Below, piece by piece: positions 54,734 to 63,815 of a DNA stretch of 64,000 nt. This DNA comes from Anaeroplasmataceae bacterium (GTDB lineage: Bacteria > Bacillota_I > Bacilli_A > Acholeplasmatales > Anaeroplasmataceae), in NCBI GenBank assembly GCA_051651765.1, contig JBOFSX010000214.1, forward strand, positions 1,874 through 65,873, written 5' to 3'. A program made the position numbers and the translations under genes. The stretch's first letter is position 1. Every line of letters starts with the position of its first letter. A model generated the notes under the pieces. The model saw only the letters and a program-made list of their open reading frames with translations, did no database searches and had not been told where the DNA came from.

Positions 54734-56435
54734 ATATTTTTCTTAAGTATGGTTCTATCATACTTATAAGTTCTTTATGACCGATAGGGGCCAATCTAGT
54801 TAATGATTTAACAGTATCGAATGTTACTTTAAAAAGATCAATAGTATTTAAAGATTTAGGTTCAGTTTTATTAACTTTTCCTTTAAACTCTTCTTCTTTT
54901 GAAATTTCTTTTAAAGCATCTAATACATTCTCTTGTACATTTGATTTCTCGTTTTCAAGATTCTTAAATGTAACTTTATGCCATAGTGCATATACAAAAC
55001 CTTTAGGACTCCAATCAAATACATACTCATTATAAATCTCATTAATAGAATTTATTTCATTTAATATTAAATCTCTTTCCTCTTTTGATAAATCTTTATT
55101 ATTATCTAGTTCAGATTTAAGCGCTTTATACATAGAAACCATTCTTCCCGTTAGAGACGGATATTGTAAAAGTGACATTGAGAAGTTTATATAATGAGAT
55201 GAGTTTACTATAACATTAGCTAACGATATATAGTTGATAATGTTAAACAAACCATAATCTGGTTTCGAACCGCCTTTTATATATAGCTTAGAAAGTGCCG
55301 AAGATAAATCAGGACCTAGTCCATATAGTGTTGCAAATATATCACAGAACTGCTCAAATCTTTGTTGTTTAGATAAGAACTTAGATTGAGATGCAGCGTA
55401 TGAATATCTTGGTATACTAATTATTGTAGTTAATAAACTACCAATTATCTTAAACAGTCCACCAAATATAAAAGTTAATATTTTAACAAATATTGAATCT
55501 TTGTCTAAGAACTTCTTTTTTGGAGTTTCATATAGCGAATCGATAACGGTGTGTTTATTCTTTTCATATTCTTCGCTCATCTTTTTTCTGTTAAACACAT
55601 CTCCTTCTTTGACACCAGCTTTTAATAGTTCTTCACTGATTATTTCGTTATCAATATTAGAAAGCTCTTTATATTCTTTATTTTTCTCAACAGCCTCTAC
55701 AACACTTCTTCCACCAGATGTTAATATTTTCAAAGGTTCCAAGCATTTATAAACTACCCTAAATGCACGGTTTATATATAAACTTGCTAAGTTTTCATTA
55801 ATAGAACAAACAGCTTGTTGCATAGCATGTCCTAGTTCATGAAGAATAATACCGGCACATTCACGATCGTTTAATAATTCTTTACTTCTAGTTCCAAATG
55901 AACCAAGGCCAAATGTGATTAAATATATTTTTCCATAAGGATCTTTATATTTATATCCTTTCTTAGTCTCAACTATATCTTCTAATGATGCTTTAAACTT
56001 TTTATTAATAACCACTTCATCACCTTTACTTGTCAACAATTCACTGTCAAAGCACATTGGCACTGACCATGAATTGTAACCAGTCGATAGGCTAAAATAA
56101 CATTTCCAAACATTAAATGTTTTACAAATTAAGTCTTCCATTTTACTAACTAAAGGCAATATGTCTTTAGAAAATTTTTTACGATTTTTTAAAGAATTCT
56201 TATTGTCTATAGAATTGTAATATAGTTCTCTTAGTTCTTTCATAAAGAATATTAATGTAGTTGTAAATTCATTGTTGTTACCAAAATAAGCTTCTTCCGA
56301 CATTGTATTAGTATAATCTTTAGATGGTGTTGATGTAGTCACTATGATAGTTTTAGGCTTATGATTGTGAACTTTTATAAAGTCTTCTGTAGATAAGAAT
56401 GAAAATTCTTTTATTTTCATCTTTGTGTGATACAT
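54732..56435 (-). CDS. M48-like zinc metalloprotease with membrane segments, paralog 1
   Basis: ATG 56435 lies 5 nt after AGGAGG. The track GTG at 56441 abuts the RBS. HExxH ILHELGHAMQQ, downstream glutamate motif RFEQFCDIFA (ExxxD), hydrophobic segment ILTFIFGGLFKIIGSLLTTII. Confidence 0.7.
   Translation of the reverse strand: MYHTKMKIKEFSFLSTEDFIKVHNHKPKTIIVTTSTPSKDYTNTMSEEAYFGNNNEFTTTLIFFMKELRELYYNSIDNKNSLKNRKKFSKDILPLVSKMEDLICKTFNVWKCYFSLSTGYNSWSVPMCFDSELLTSKGDEVVINKKFKASLEDIVETKKGYKYKDPYGKIYLITFGLGSFGTRSKELLNDRECAGIILHELGHAMQQAVCSINENLASLYINRAFRVVYKCLEPLKILTSGGRSVVEAVEKNKEYKELSNIDNEIISEELLKAGVKEGDVFNRKKMSEEYEKNKHTVIDSLYETPKKKFLDKDSIFVKILTFIFGGLFKIIGSLLTTIISIPRYSYAASQSKFLSKQQRFEQFCDIFATLYGLGPDLSSALSKLYIKGGSKPDYGLFNIINYISLANVIVNSSHYINFSMSLLQYPSLTGRMVSMYKALKSELDNNKDLSKEERDLILNEINSINEIYNEYVFDWSPKGFVYALWHKVTFKNLENEKSNVQENVLDALKEISKEEEFKGKVNKTEPKSLNTIDLFKVTFDTVKSLTRLAPIGHKELISMIEPYLRKI
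54976..55025. repeat. 50-nt patch identical to 56710-56759 (within the metalloprotease paralogs)
   Basis: TTATGCCATAGTGCATATACAAAACCTTTAGGACTCCAATCAAATACATA is present in both genes and encodes FDWSPKGFVYALWHK. Confidence 0.9.
55786..55829. repeat. 44-nt patch identical to 57520-57563 (within the metalloprotease paralogs)
   Basis: GCTAAGTTTTCATTAATAGAACAAACAGCTTGTTGCATAGCATG is present in both genes and encodes HAMQQAVCSINENLA next to the HExxH motif. Confidence 0.9.
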
Positions 56436-56444
56436 TGTCACCTC

Positions 56445-58175
56445 CTACATTTTTCTCAATGTTGGCTCTATTTGATTTATCAAAGCTTTATGACCATTAG
56501 GTGCAAAAAGTTTAAAGTTTTTTACAACACCGAATATTGATTTCATAAGAATATTACCATCAAGATTACTTACCTTGGTTCGAATCTCTTCTTCATCATC
56601 GTCAGTGATTTTCTTTTTAAACTTCTCTTCTTTCTTAATTTCTTCTAAAGCGTCAAATACATTAGCTTCAACATCTGATTTAGTATTCTTTAAAGACTTA
56701 AATGTAATCTTATGCCATAGTGCATATACAAAACCTTTAGGACTCCAATCAAATACATATTCATCATATATCTTATTCATAGTTTCGATTTCATCTAAAA
56801 TAGATGCTTTATCTTCTGGTGATAGATCTTTATTAATTTCTAATTCAGCTTTAAGAGTCTTATAAATTGCAGCCATACGACCTGTTGCATTAGGATAACC
56901 TGCAGCTAATTGACGTAGAGAATGATTCATATAATGAGATGTATTTAATATAACATTTACAACTGGTACATAATTAATTAAATTAAGAACTCCATAATCG
57001 GCTTTAGATCCCATAGAAACATTTAACTTAGCAAGTGCTGAAGCTAGTTCTGGTCCTAGAGCGTAAGAAGCTGCAAATACATCAGCAAACTGTTCAAATC
57101 GTCTATTCTTTTTTAATACTCCAGATTGAGTTGATACGTACAATTGTTGTGGAACACTAGTTATAGAAGCTAGTAAATCAAATATAATTTTAAATACTCC
57201 ACCAAATAAGAATACAAAAGCTTTACAGAAAAACTTTCCAAATTTACCAGAACCTTTTCTAGGAAGTTTTTTAATCATAGTATCTCGATTATTATTCATC
57301 ATATCGCCATAACGATCTCTGCTAAATTCTTCTTTATTAGAAGCAATTACTTGCTTAATAATATCATCACCTAGATCTTCTGGATCTTCTTTTTTCATAG
57401 AAGAATATTGCACATTTAAGAATAGAGCTGATAATGCTGATAGTCCGAATGATCCAATTAAGACAATAGGACTTAAGCAATTATATACTTCTGTGAAAAC
57501 TGCATGTGTGTATACAGATGCTAAGTTTTCATTAATAGAACAAACAGCTTGTTGCATAGCATGACCTAATTCGTGAAGAATGATAGCAGCGCATTCAGCG
57601 TCACTATATTCGTCTTGACGACCATTTTTAGAAAAGAAACCTAAACCGAAGCATAGACAATAGATTTTACCATCTGGTTCTTTATATTTATATCCATCTT
57701 TGGTCTCCATTATATCTTCTAACGATACTTTGAATTTCTTATTTATAACGTGCTTACCATCTTTTTTTGTAACTAAATTTTTATCAAAACAAGCTGGTAC
57801 ACACCAAGCATTCAAATCATCCATTATACCAAAATAACATCTACCAATATTAAAAGACTTACATATTAATTTCTCAATCTTTCCTATTAAAGGAATTATT
57901 TGTTTAGAAAATGCACGTCTATCTACTAATTTATTCTTTCTATCAATAGAACTATTATAAAGTGATCGAAGTTCGCCAACATAAGTTATCAAGGTATTTC
58001 TAAATACATTGTCTTGACCGAAATAAGCTTCTTCAGATCTAGCATATTCTTTATAATTTCTTTCTTTACTTTCCATTCCTAGACTAAGAGTGCTAGGATT
58101 TCTACCATGAACTTTCTTAAAGTCCTCTGTAGATAAAGTAGTATATTCATTAATTTTAATACGATTGTACTGCAT
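56445..58175 (-). CDS. M48-like zinc metalloprotease with membrane segments, paralog 2
   Basis: AAGGAG RBS, ILHELGHAMQQ, RFEQFADVFA (ExxAD), hydrophobic segments. Shares patches that are 100 percent identical at nucleotide level with paralog 1. Confidence 0.7.
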   Translation of the reverse strand: MQYNRIKINEYTTLSTEDFKKVHGRNPSTLSLGMESKERNYKEYARSEEAYFGQDNVFRNTLITYVGELRSLYNSSIDRKNKLVDRRAFSKQIIPLIGKIEKLICKSFNIGRCYFGIMDDLNAWCVPACFDKNLVTKKDGKHVINKKFKVSLEDIMETKDGYKYKEPDGKIYCLCFGLGFFSKNGRQDEYSDAECAAIILHELGHAMQQAVCSINENLASVYTHAVFTEVYNCLSPIVLIGSFGLSALSALFLNVQYSSMKKEDPEDLGDDIIKQVIASNKEEFSRDRYGDMMNNNRDTMIKKLPRKGSGKFGKFFCKAFVFLFGGVFKIIFDLLASITSVPQQLYVSTQSGVLKKNRRFEQFADVFAASYALGPELASALAKLNVSMGSKADYGVLNLINYVPVVNVILNTSHYMNHSLRQLAAGYPNATGRMAAIYKTLKAELEINKDLSPEDKASILDEIETMNKIYDEYVFDWSPKGFVYALWHKITFKSLKNTKSDVEANVFDALEEIKKEEKFKKKITDDDEEEIRTKVSNLDGNILMKSIFGVVKNFKLFAPNGHKALINQIEPTLRKM

Positions 58176-59628
58176 CTACTACTCCTTCGGGTTTATTTTT
58201 TTTATTACAAACTGAGAAGAAATGAAAGATAGTATCTTTTACAAATTCAGTAGTTCGCAATGGGTTTCTAACAACTTCACGCACACTTCCATAGTATTCA
58301 TCATTTCTTTTATGAATATTATACAATGGATTTATAGATAAAGAACTATCAGCTCTATAAGCTAATTCATGCACATGTTCCTCAAGCTTTTCATCGATCT
58401 TTTTAAATGCTACCATTTTTGGTGAACATTCGCTACAAAATGTTTTTAAGAATACTAATGGGAAATATCTACCAGTTATTATTAAATCTTTAGCAACTGA
58501 CATTGCTTTTTCACATTCACAATCTGCTTTTATCTCTAATAGCTTTTTTGTAGATGCGAATTTAAAATCTTTATCTGATTTCTTAATCATTAATATTTTT
58601 AATATTTCATTTATTGTAGAATCGCTCTTTTCAAATAATGAAATGATATTGCTTATAGATACATAAGAAATCATCTTAGTGAATCTATGCATATCTCGTG
58701 GAGAATGCTTTGATCTCATCATATCTGAAATAGGACCTGAAAATAGATTTTGGAATTCATTGAAAGCTAATAAAGTTCGTTCATCAGATGATTGTATATT
58801 TACACATTTATCAGAACCTGTTTTAGTATTTACAAAAGAATAATCTATTTGAGTTAAGAAACTTAAATAAATCATACTCATATTTGTATTTACTATACGA
58901 CTATTGTCACGAATTAAAGCTGCCCAAAAACAAACCTCAATAGTATTACCAATAGCATTTACAGCATCACCTGGGATAGTTTTAACAAAGTTATCCATAT
59001 TATCATCTAAACTTAAAGTAGTATCAGTAATGTAATTTACAAATCTTCCGATGTTGATAACGACAGTCATTGTAATATCATCAGAATTTGAAAAGTCTAT
59101 TCCTGTAGGAGAATGTTTTACAACAATTCCACCAATACTTGGTACGTCATATGCTTTCAAAGAGTCAAAATAAAAATCTATCATATTAGTAGTATCTTCA
59201 GAAAATATAATACTAATATTAGATAAATGAAAATATCTTGTAAAATGAGATCGAAGTTTGACGTTTATCATTTCTTTATCACTTTCGATATATTTTTTAA
59301 TTGAACTAGTTAAAGCATTCATATTATTTTTTAATAATTCTTTTGATGTAGTAGCCATTAATATTGAACAAATATCACCGGCTAATGAGTTGTAAATTAT
59401 AGATCCTTGATTCTCTTTAACTATATCTTTGTATTCCATAACAGTGTCTAATATAAACGTTTTTGATGCTTTTGAACCTGCACAAAATGCTGCAAATGCT
59501 TCTAGTCTATAACATTCGTAACTGTCTCCCCATCGATCCATCTTATTAGTTAATAGGTCAAAGTTAAAAGTGTTAGAACCAATTTTAACAAAATCACCAA
59601 ATTTAACTTTTGGATTATTTTTATTCAT
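58156..59628 (-). CDS. hypothetical protein (490 aa), first gene of the metalloprotease operon
   Basis: AGGAGA RBS, AACA-N6-TATA motif upstream, 20-nt overlap with the downstream gene. Confidence 0.85.
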   Translation of the reverse strand: MNKNNPKVKFGDFVKIGSNTFNFDLLTNKMDRWGDSYECYRLEAFAAFCAGSKASKTFILDTVMEYKDIVKENQGSIIYNSLAGDICSILMATTSKELLKNNMNALTSSIKKYIESDKEMINVKLRSHFTRYFHLSNISIIFSEDTTNMIDFYFDSLKAYDVPSIGGIVVKHSPTGIDFSNSDDITMTVVINIGRFVNYITDTTLSLDDNMDNFVKTIPGDAVNAIGNTIEVCFWAALIRDNSRIVNTNMSMIYLSFLTQIDYSFVNTKTGSDKCVNIQSSDERTLLAFNEFQNLFSGPISDMMRSKHSPRDMHRFTKMISYVSISNIISLFEKSDSTINEILKILMIKKSDKDFKFASTKKLLEIKADCECEKAMSVAKDLIITGRYFPLVFLKTFCSECSPKMVAFKKIDEKLEEHVHELAYRADSSLSINPLYNIHKRNDEYYGSVREVVRNPLRTTEFVKDTIFHFFSVCNKKNKPEGVVDAVQSY

Positions 59629-59664
59629 TTTTTTCTCCTATATATATTATTTTATTTCATACTC

Positions 59665-59678
59665 TACAAATAAATATG
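59665..59678 (+). promoter_or_regulatory. late-type variant TACAAATAAATATG
   Basis: Upstream of 59711/59744. Confidence 0.25.
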
Positions 59679-59688
59679 AATAATATTT

Positions 59689-59702
59689 TATATACAGATG
59701 TT
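59689..59702 (-). promoter_or_regulatory. late-type promoter-like motif AACATCTGTATATA
   Basis: About 60 nt upstream of ATG 59628. Confidence 0.4.
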
Positions 59703-59743
59703 TTTAGACAATGTCTTATAAAAAAGAAGGAGTGTATTTTTTT

Positions 59744-60703
59744 ATGAATAATCAACAAATACCAAAAACCATAACAAGATATGATTTATTTCTTAATTTA
59801 CAATATCAATATGGGGCAAATAATCAATTTGTATTAGTTAAAGATGGAAAAGAATTATATGATTTTAAAAATGATATTATAGAATATACGTGTTGTCAAC
59901 ATAGTTCTCATAAGCATAGAGGTACTCCTGAAGAAATACTATTGCTAAAGTTTAGATATCCTCAACCTTGTGTTATATGCTTTAAACATGATCCTAAATT
60001 TAAAGGACATGTTGCACAGAGTTCTAATAAACCTAAATTAAATAATGTGGAAGATGTCGTATTAAAAGACACGATAGATAACGATCCAATTAAATTAGCT
60101 AAGAATGAAGCTATTAGAAAATTGGATTATGAAAGAAAAATGGAAAAAGAAAGAAAAATGGATGAAATAGATGGTAAAGCTGATGTTATGACATTAGAAG
60201 AATTTAATGCTAAGTATCAATCTGTTGAATCGTTCTCAGCAGCTGAGGATGAAGTTGCAACTTCTGCCCCGATAGAATTAGATGATAGCATTAAACAATT
60301 ATTAAACCAGCCACCTTCAGAAAGATCAGTTTCTATAGATAGTGTATTAGAACCTATAGAAGAAGTAGCTGAGAGTATAGATATATTAACCTATAATAAA
60401 ATGAATAATATAAATGAGGAGATACCATTAATGGATCTTATCGATAAAGAATATTTAGCCGATTTAGAGTTAGGTATAGTAGAAGATATCGACGTAGTTG
60501 AGAGTATTCAAGTTACAAGAGGTAAAGATGGTTATTTTGTACCAGCGGCTACTATAGAAGAAAATTCAAAAACTGAAGATAAAAATATATTATTTAATGA
60601 AGAAACAAATAAGAATGCTATAAAAGAATCTAATTTAGAAGCGCCAGCGCAATCTATTGATTTGGACGAGGAAGAGGATTTTGAAATAGCTCCTTATGAA
60701 TAA
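59744..60703 (+). CDS. hypothetical Cys/His-rich protein with acidic C-terminal half
   Basis: ATG 59744 lies 11 nt after GAAGGAG. The track start at 59711 has no RBS but stays possible. Carries CCQHSSHKH...CVICFKH. Confidence 0.6.
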   Translation: MNNQQIPKTITRYDLFLNLQYQYGANNQFVLVKDGKELYDFKNDIIEYTCCQHSSHKHRGTPEEILLLKFRYPQPCVICFKHDPKFKGHVAQSSNKPKLNNVEDVVLKDTIDNDPIKLAKNEAIRKLDYERKMEKERKMDEIDGKADVMTLEEFNAKYQSVESFSAAEDEVATSAPIELDDSIKQLLNQPPSERSVSIDSVLEPIEEVAESIDILTYNKMNNINEEIPLMDLIDKEYLADLELGIVEDIDVVESIQVTRGKDGYFVPAATIEENSKTEDKNILFNEETNKNAIKESNLEAPAQSIDLDEEEDFEIAPYE

Positions 60704-60725
60704 TAACCTAATATGGAGGAAGATT

Positions 60726-63701
60726 ATGAATGACAAAGCTCAATCTGATTCAATCAAAAAAGAAATGAATGAGATGATGCACAAAGCTCGGGAGAATATC
60801 GCAGAGCTTACAAGAGAGTTGGGGTACAAGCCTTTTGTAGATGTTAAAGTAGTACTAGAGGATGCTAATACTTTAAAAGTAAAAGGAACTTGTCCATTGT
60901 GTGCAAAAGTGGTTACATTTGATAGTCCAGATGATATATCAGTGTACTCAGAAATCACCCATCCTGGTGATGAGAAGAAAGCGAAGATTAAGATCAATGC
61001 TTGTCCACATTGTACAATTAGTCGGAAGAATTCACTTCCAACAAAAGGACGATTGCTTAATGAATTAGGCATGAGTCGATTGAATAAAATTGTTGATTCT
61101 AAATTTGGTGGAGCATTAGTCCCTATTAAAGGAAACTTGTTCTCTGATCCTAATGAACTAGTTGTGTTTAAAGCAGCTGATGGTAAAAAATATACTACAA
61201 AGTATAAAACACTATTAGCCTACTCAAACATTAGTTTTGAAGATATCGACGACGAATTTAGAGCAGATGCGAATGATGTAGTATTCTCTATTAAAGGTGA
61301 TGATATTTTGACACAAGAAAAAGGTGACGATAATGGTGAAAAATTTATTATTGATAGTCTGCTTTTGAATGTTGAAAAAGATCAAATTTACTTTTCAAAT
61401 AGTGAATCTAAAGTTGAAGACACAACTAAAACTATCAAACATGAAGCTCCTCCAAAAGAAGAGCCTAAGTTAGAATTAGTTATTGAACCAGAACCTGAGC
61501 CAGAAGAAGAACCAGATGTACCAGAAGATGATGACGATGATGTTGGTGCAGATGAAGTATTCTATCCTGAGGAAGATGAAAATGGAGAAGAAGATGGAAG
61601 TGATACCGATTATGACGAAAGCGGAGAAGAAACTGTTTCAGAAGAAGATGATGAAGTTTCTACCGATAATGACGAAATCGGAGAAGAGGATACTCCAGAA
61701 GAAGAAATCCAATTTAATTCTACTGTGGTTGAAACAGAATTTGACGACGAGTCTTATGATCCTGAAGACAATGATCAAAATGATGAGTACGAAAATGAAG
61801 TTGACGAATCGGTAGAAGAAGATGAAAATGAAATTGATATCGACACAATTAGTGAATCGTTTAACAATCCAGAAGTTGAAACTATTTCTTTAGAAGCAGA
61901 AGTGGAAGAAAAAGTAGTTCAAACTTCTCATGGTTGCAATTACACTATTTGTGAAGATGGTTCTATTACATTGGATCTTCCAGAAGGAGAATCATTATTC
62001 CCTTTTGATTTCACCTCTGGCGTTGCTAACAAACAAGATGTTACGACACCAGAGGTTGAATATGTAGACGCTCAATCTGAAGTGAATTTAGATGAGGAAG
62101 AAGACGAACATAACTTTGCTCGTCTTAATGAATTTGAACAAGACAATGACTCCTATGATGATAATGTGATCACCTTAGATTTAGAACCCGAAGTTAAAAA
62201 GACTAAATCGAAAGATGAATACAAAGATTATGGAGCAGAAAATCGCACCGATAAAATTGGTGAAGAAGCTAAGAAAATTCTTGAAAAAGATAAGAAATGG
62301 TATGATAAAGAAGTTTTTGGAACTGATGATTACACAGATCCTATTAATGAATTTATTGACGAAGAAGATCTTTATAAAGAGTTTAGAGAATCTCAATTAG
62401 GAAAAGTTGTAATTGATGTTACAAATATTTCTCAATTAGATGCTACAGTTTTAATCAATGAATCAACGTGCGAATTGCCATTTGTAGATTATTCAAGTGG
62501 AGTCAGAGTTGTATGTATAGATTGTGACAATATTTCTCAAATGAAAGTCCCAGTAGCTTTCATGGAGAAGAGTGTAAAATTCTCTTATCCCTTACAAAAA
62601 GGTGATGAATATAGAAAAGTATACTTGTATTCAGATACATTGAAATCGCAAAATAGAATTAAAGCTGCTATTAAAAATCTGTTAAAGATTGTAAATAGAG
62701 ATGCATTTGATCCTAGGCGAACTATAAATCTATCTGGAAACTATGTATTGTTTTACACTGATCATGTCCAAACTATTAGATCATTTGAAGACTGTAATTC
62801 TAGTTATCCTCAAGGAAAACCGTGTACTAAATCGATCGGCATTATTGCTATGAGATCGACAGATGGTAAGAAGAAAGAATTTACAAACAAAGATGTGATG
62901 AATTACTTAGCTAAAAACTTTAAAGATGATATGGAATCAAACAATCTTTATATGGTTGTAAGTGCTAGATATATAGTACAACCAATCCATGAAAGAAAAG
63001 TTGTTAAGTATCAAATTACAGAGTATAATGAGCTAAGATCCACTCTTATTAAAGATGGTCTCGATCACGTTATTGGTGCTATAATCAAAGAGCATCAAGC
63101 TAACACTACGGTCAAAGATCCCAAGAATCTTGGGTTTGACTTCTCCTCATATGGTTATGAATTTGAATTTGAATTCGATTCCGCTTGTCTCCCTAGTCCG
63201 TCTTTGGAGATATGGCATGATGATGAAGGATTTTGGAAAATTCATAACTCTTATGAAGATGGTCAAGGTAAGTGTTATATTAGAATAAACGAGTATAGAA
63301 CGAATGTTACAGATGGTTATAGAAATGATCCTAGATTATTCCTACCCATCCCTTTATCAAAACGATTTCGACCAGAGATCGAAAAGGCTAATGCAAATGT
63401 TATGATAGAATCAGTTCGTCGTCAATTTATTGAACGAATTGGTTTTGTTGAAGCGTATTATCCTAGAATCAAACGATTCATGTTAAGTCCTTTGGCTACT
63501 ATGTCAAAAGCTCTTATGAAACAAAGTGTATTAACTATGTCTAAAATAGATCTAAATAAGTTCTTTAGCGGGAATGGAATCTATGATGGCGGATATGATA
63601 ATATGCTTATGCAAAAATTCTTTATGAATAATGCAGATATCGATGAGAATACTAAAAACATGATGAACGTACTTATGATTCAAAATATGATAAAGAAGTA
63701 A
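60726..63701 (+). CDS. large hypothetical protein (991 aa) with N-terminal zinc ribbon and long acidic tract
   Basis: ATG 60726 follows GGAGGA, while the track start at 60696 lacks an RBS. CPLC...CPHC, and a D/E-rich low-complexity region at roughly 61450-62170. Confidence 0.8.
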   Translation: MNDKAQSDSIKKEMNEMMHKARENIAELTRELGYKPFVDVKVVLEDANTLKVKGTCPLCAKVVTFDSPDDISVYSEITHPGDEKKAKIKINACPHCTISRKNSLPTKGRLLNELGMSRLNKIVDSKFGGALVPIKGNLFSDPNELVVFKAADGKKYTTKYKTLLAYSNISFEDIDDEFRADANDVVFSIKGDDILTQEKGDDNGEKFIIDSLLLNVEKDQIYFSNSESKVEDTTKTIKHEAPPKEEPKLELVIEPEPEPEEEPDVPEDDDDDVGADEVFYPEEDENGEEDGSDTDYDESGEETVSEEDDEVSTDNDEIGEEDTPEEEIQFNSTVVETEFDDESYDPEDNDQNDEYENEVDESVEEDENEIDIDTISESFNNPEVETISLEAEVEEKVVQTSHGCNYTICEDGSITLDLPEGESLFPFDFTSGVANKQDVTTPEVEYVDAQSEVNLDEEEDEHNFARLNEFEQDNDSYDDNVITLDLEPEVKKTKSKDEYKDYGAENRTDKIGEEAKKILEKDKKWYDKEVFGTDDYTDPINEFIDEEDLYKEFRESQLGKVVIDVTNISQLDATVLINESTCELPFVDYSSGVRVVCIDCDNISQMKVPVAFMEKSVKFSYPLQKGDEYRKVYLYSDTLKSQNRIKAAIKNLLKIVNRDAFDPRRTINLSGNYVLFYTDHVQTIRSFEDCNSSYPQGKPCTKSIGIIAMRSTDGKKKEFTNKDVMNYLAKNFKDDMESNNLYMVVSARYIVQPIHERKVVKYQITEYNELRSTLIKDGLDHVIGAIIKEHQANTTVKDPKNLGFDFSSYGYEFEFEFDSACLPSPSLEIWHDDEGFWKIHNSYEDGQGKCYIRINEYRTNVTDGYRNDPRLFLPIPLSKRFRPEIEKANANVMIESVRRQFIERIGFVEAYYPRIKRFMLSPLATMSKALMKQSVLTMSKIDLNKFFSGNGIYDGGYDNMLMQKFFMNNADIDENTKNMMNVLMIQNMIKK

Positions 63702-63727
63702 TTATGATTAAAAATTATACTCGTTAT

Positions 63728-63741
63728 AACGTGATATTATA
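63728..63741 (+). promoter_or_regulatory. late-type promoter-like motif AACGTGATATTATA
   Basis: Upstream of the partial gene starting at 63816. Confidence 0.4.
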
Positions 63742-63815
63742 CGAAATGTATAAAGTAAATTCTTTGCTGCGCAGCAATAGAAGTCAAAAAATTTTCCTTG
63801 CAAGGAGGTCCGAAA

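Noticed and set aside
61450-62170. Repetitive GAAGA/GATGA-rich DNA as a possible CRISPR or tandem-repeat array
   Set aside because: It is an in-frame Asp/Glu-coding low-complexity tract of the 991-aa ORF, with no repeat-spacer periodicity. The same applies to the K/E-coding repeats at about 16900-17070.
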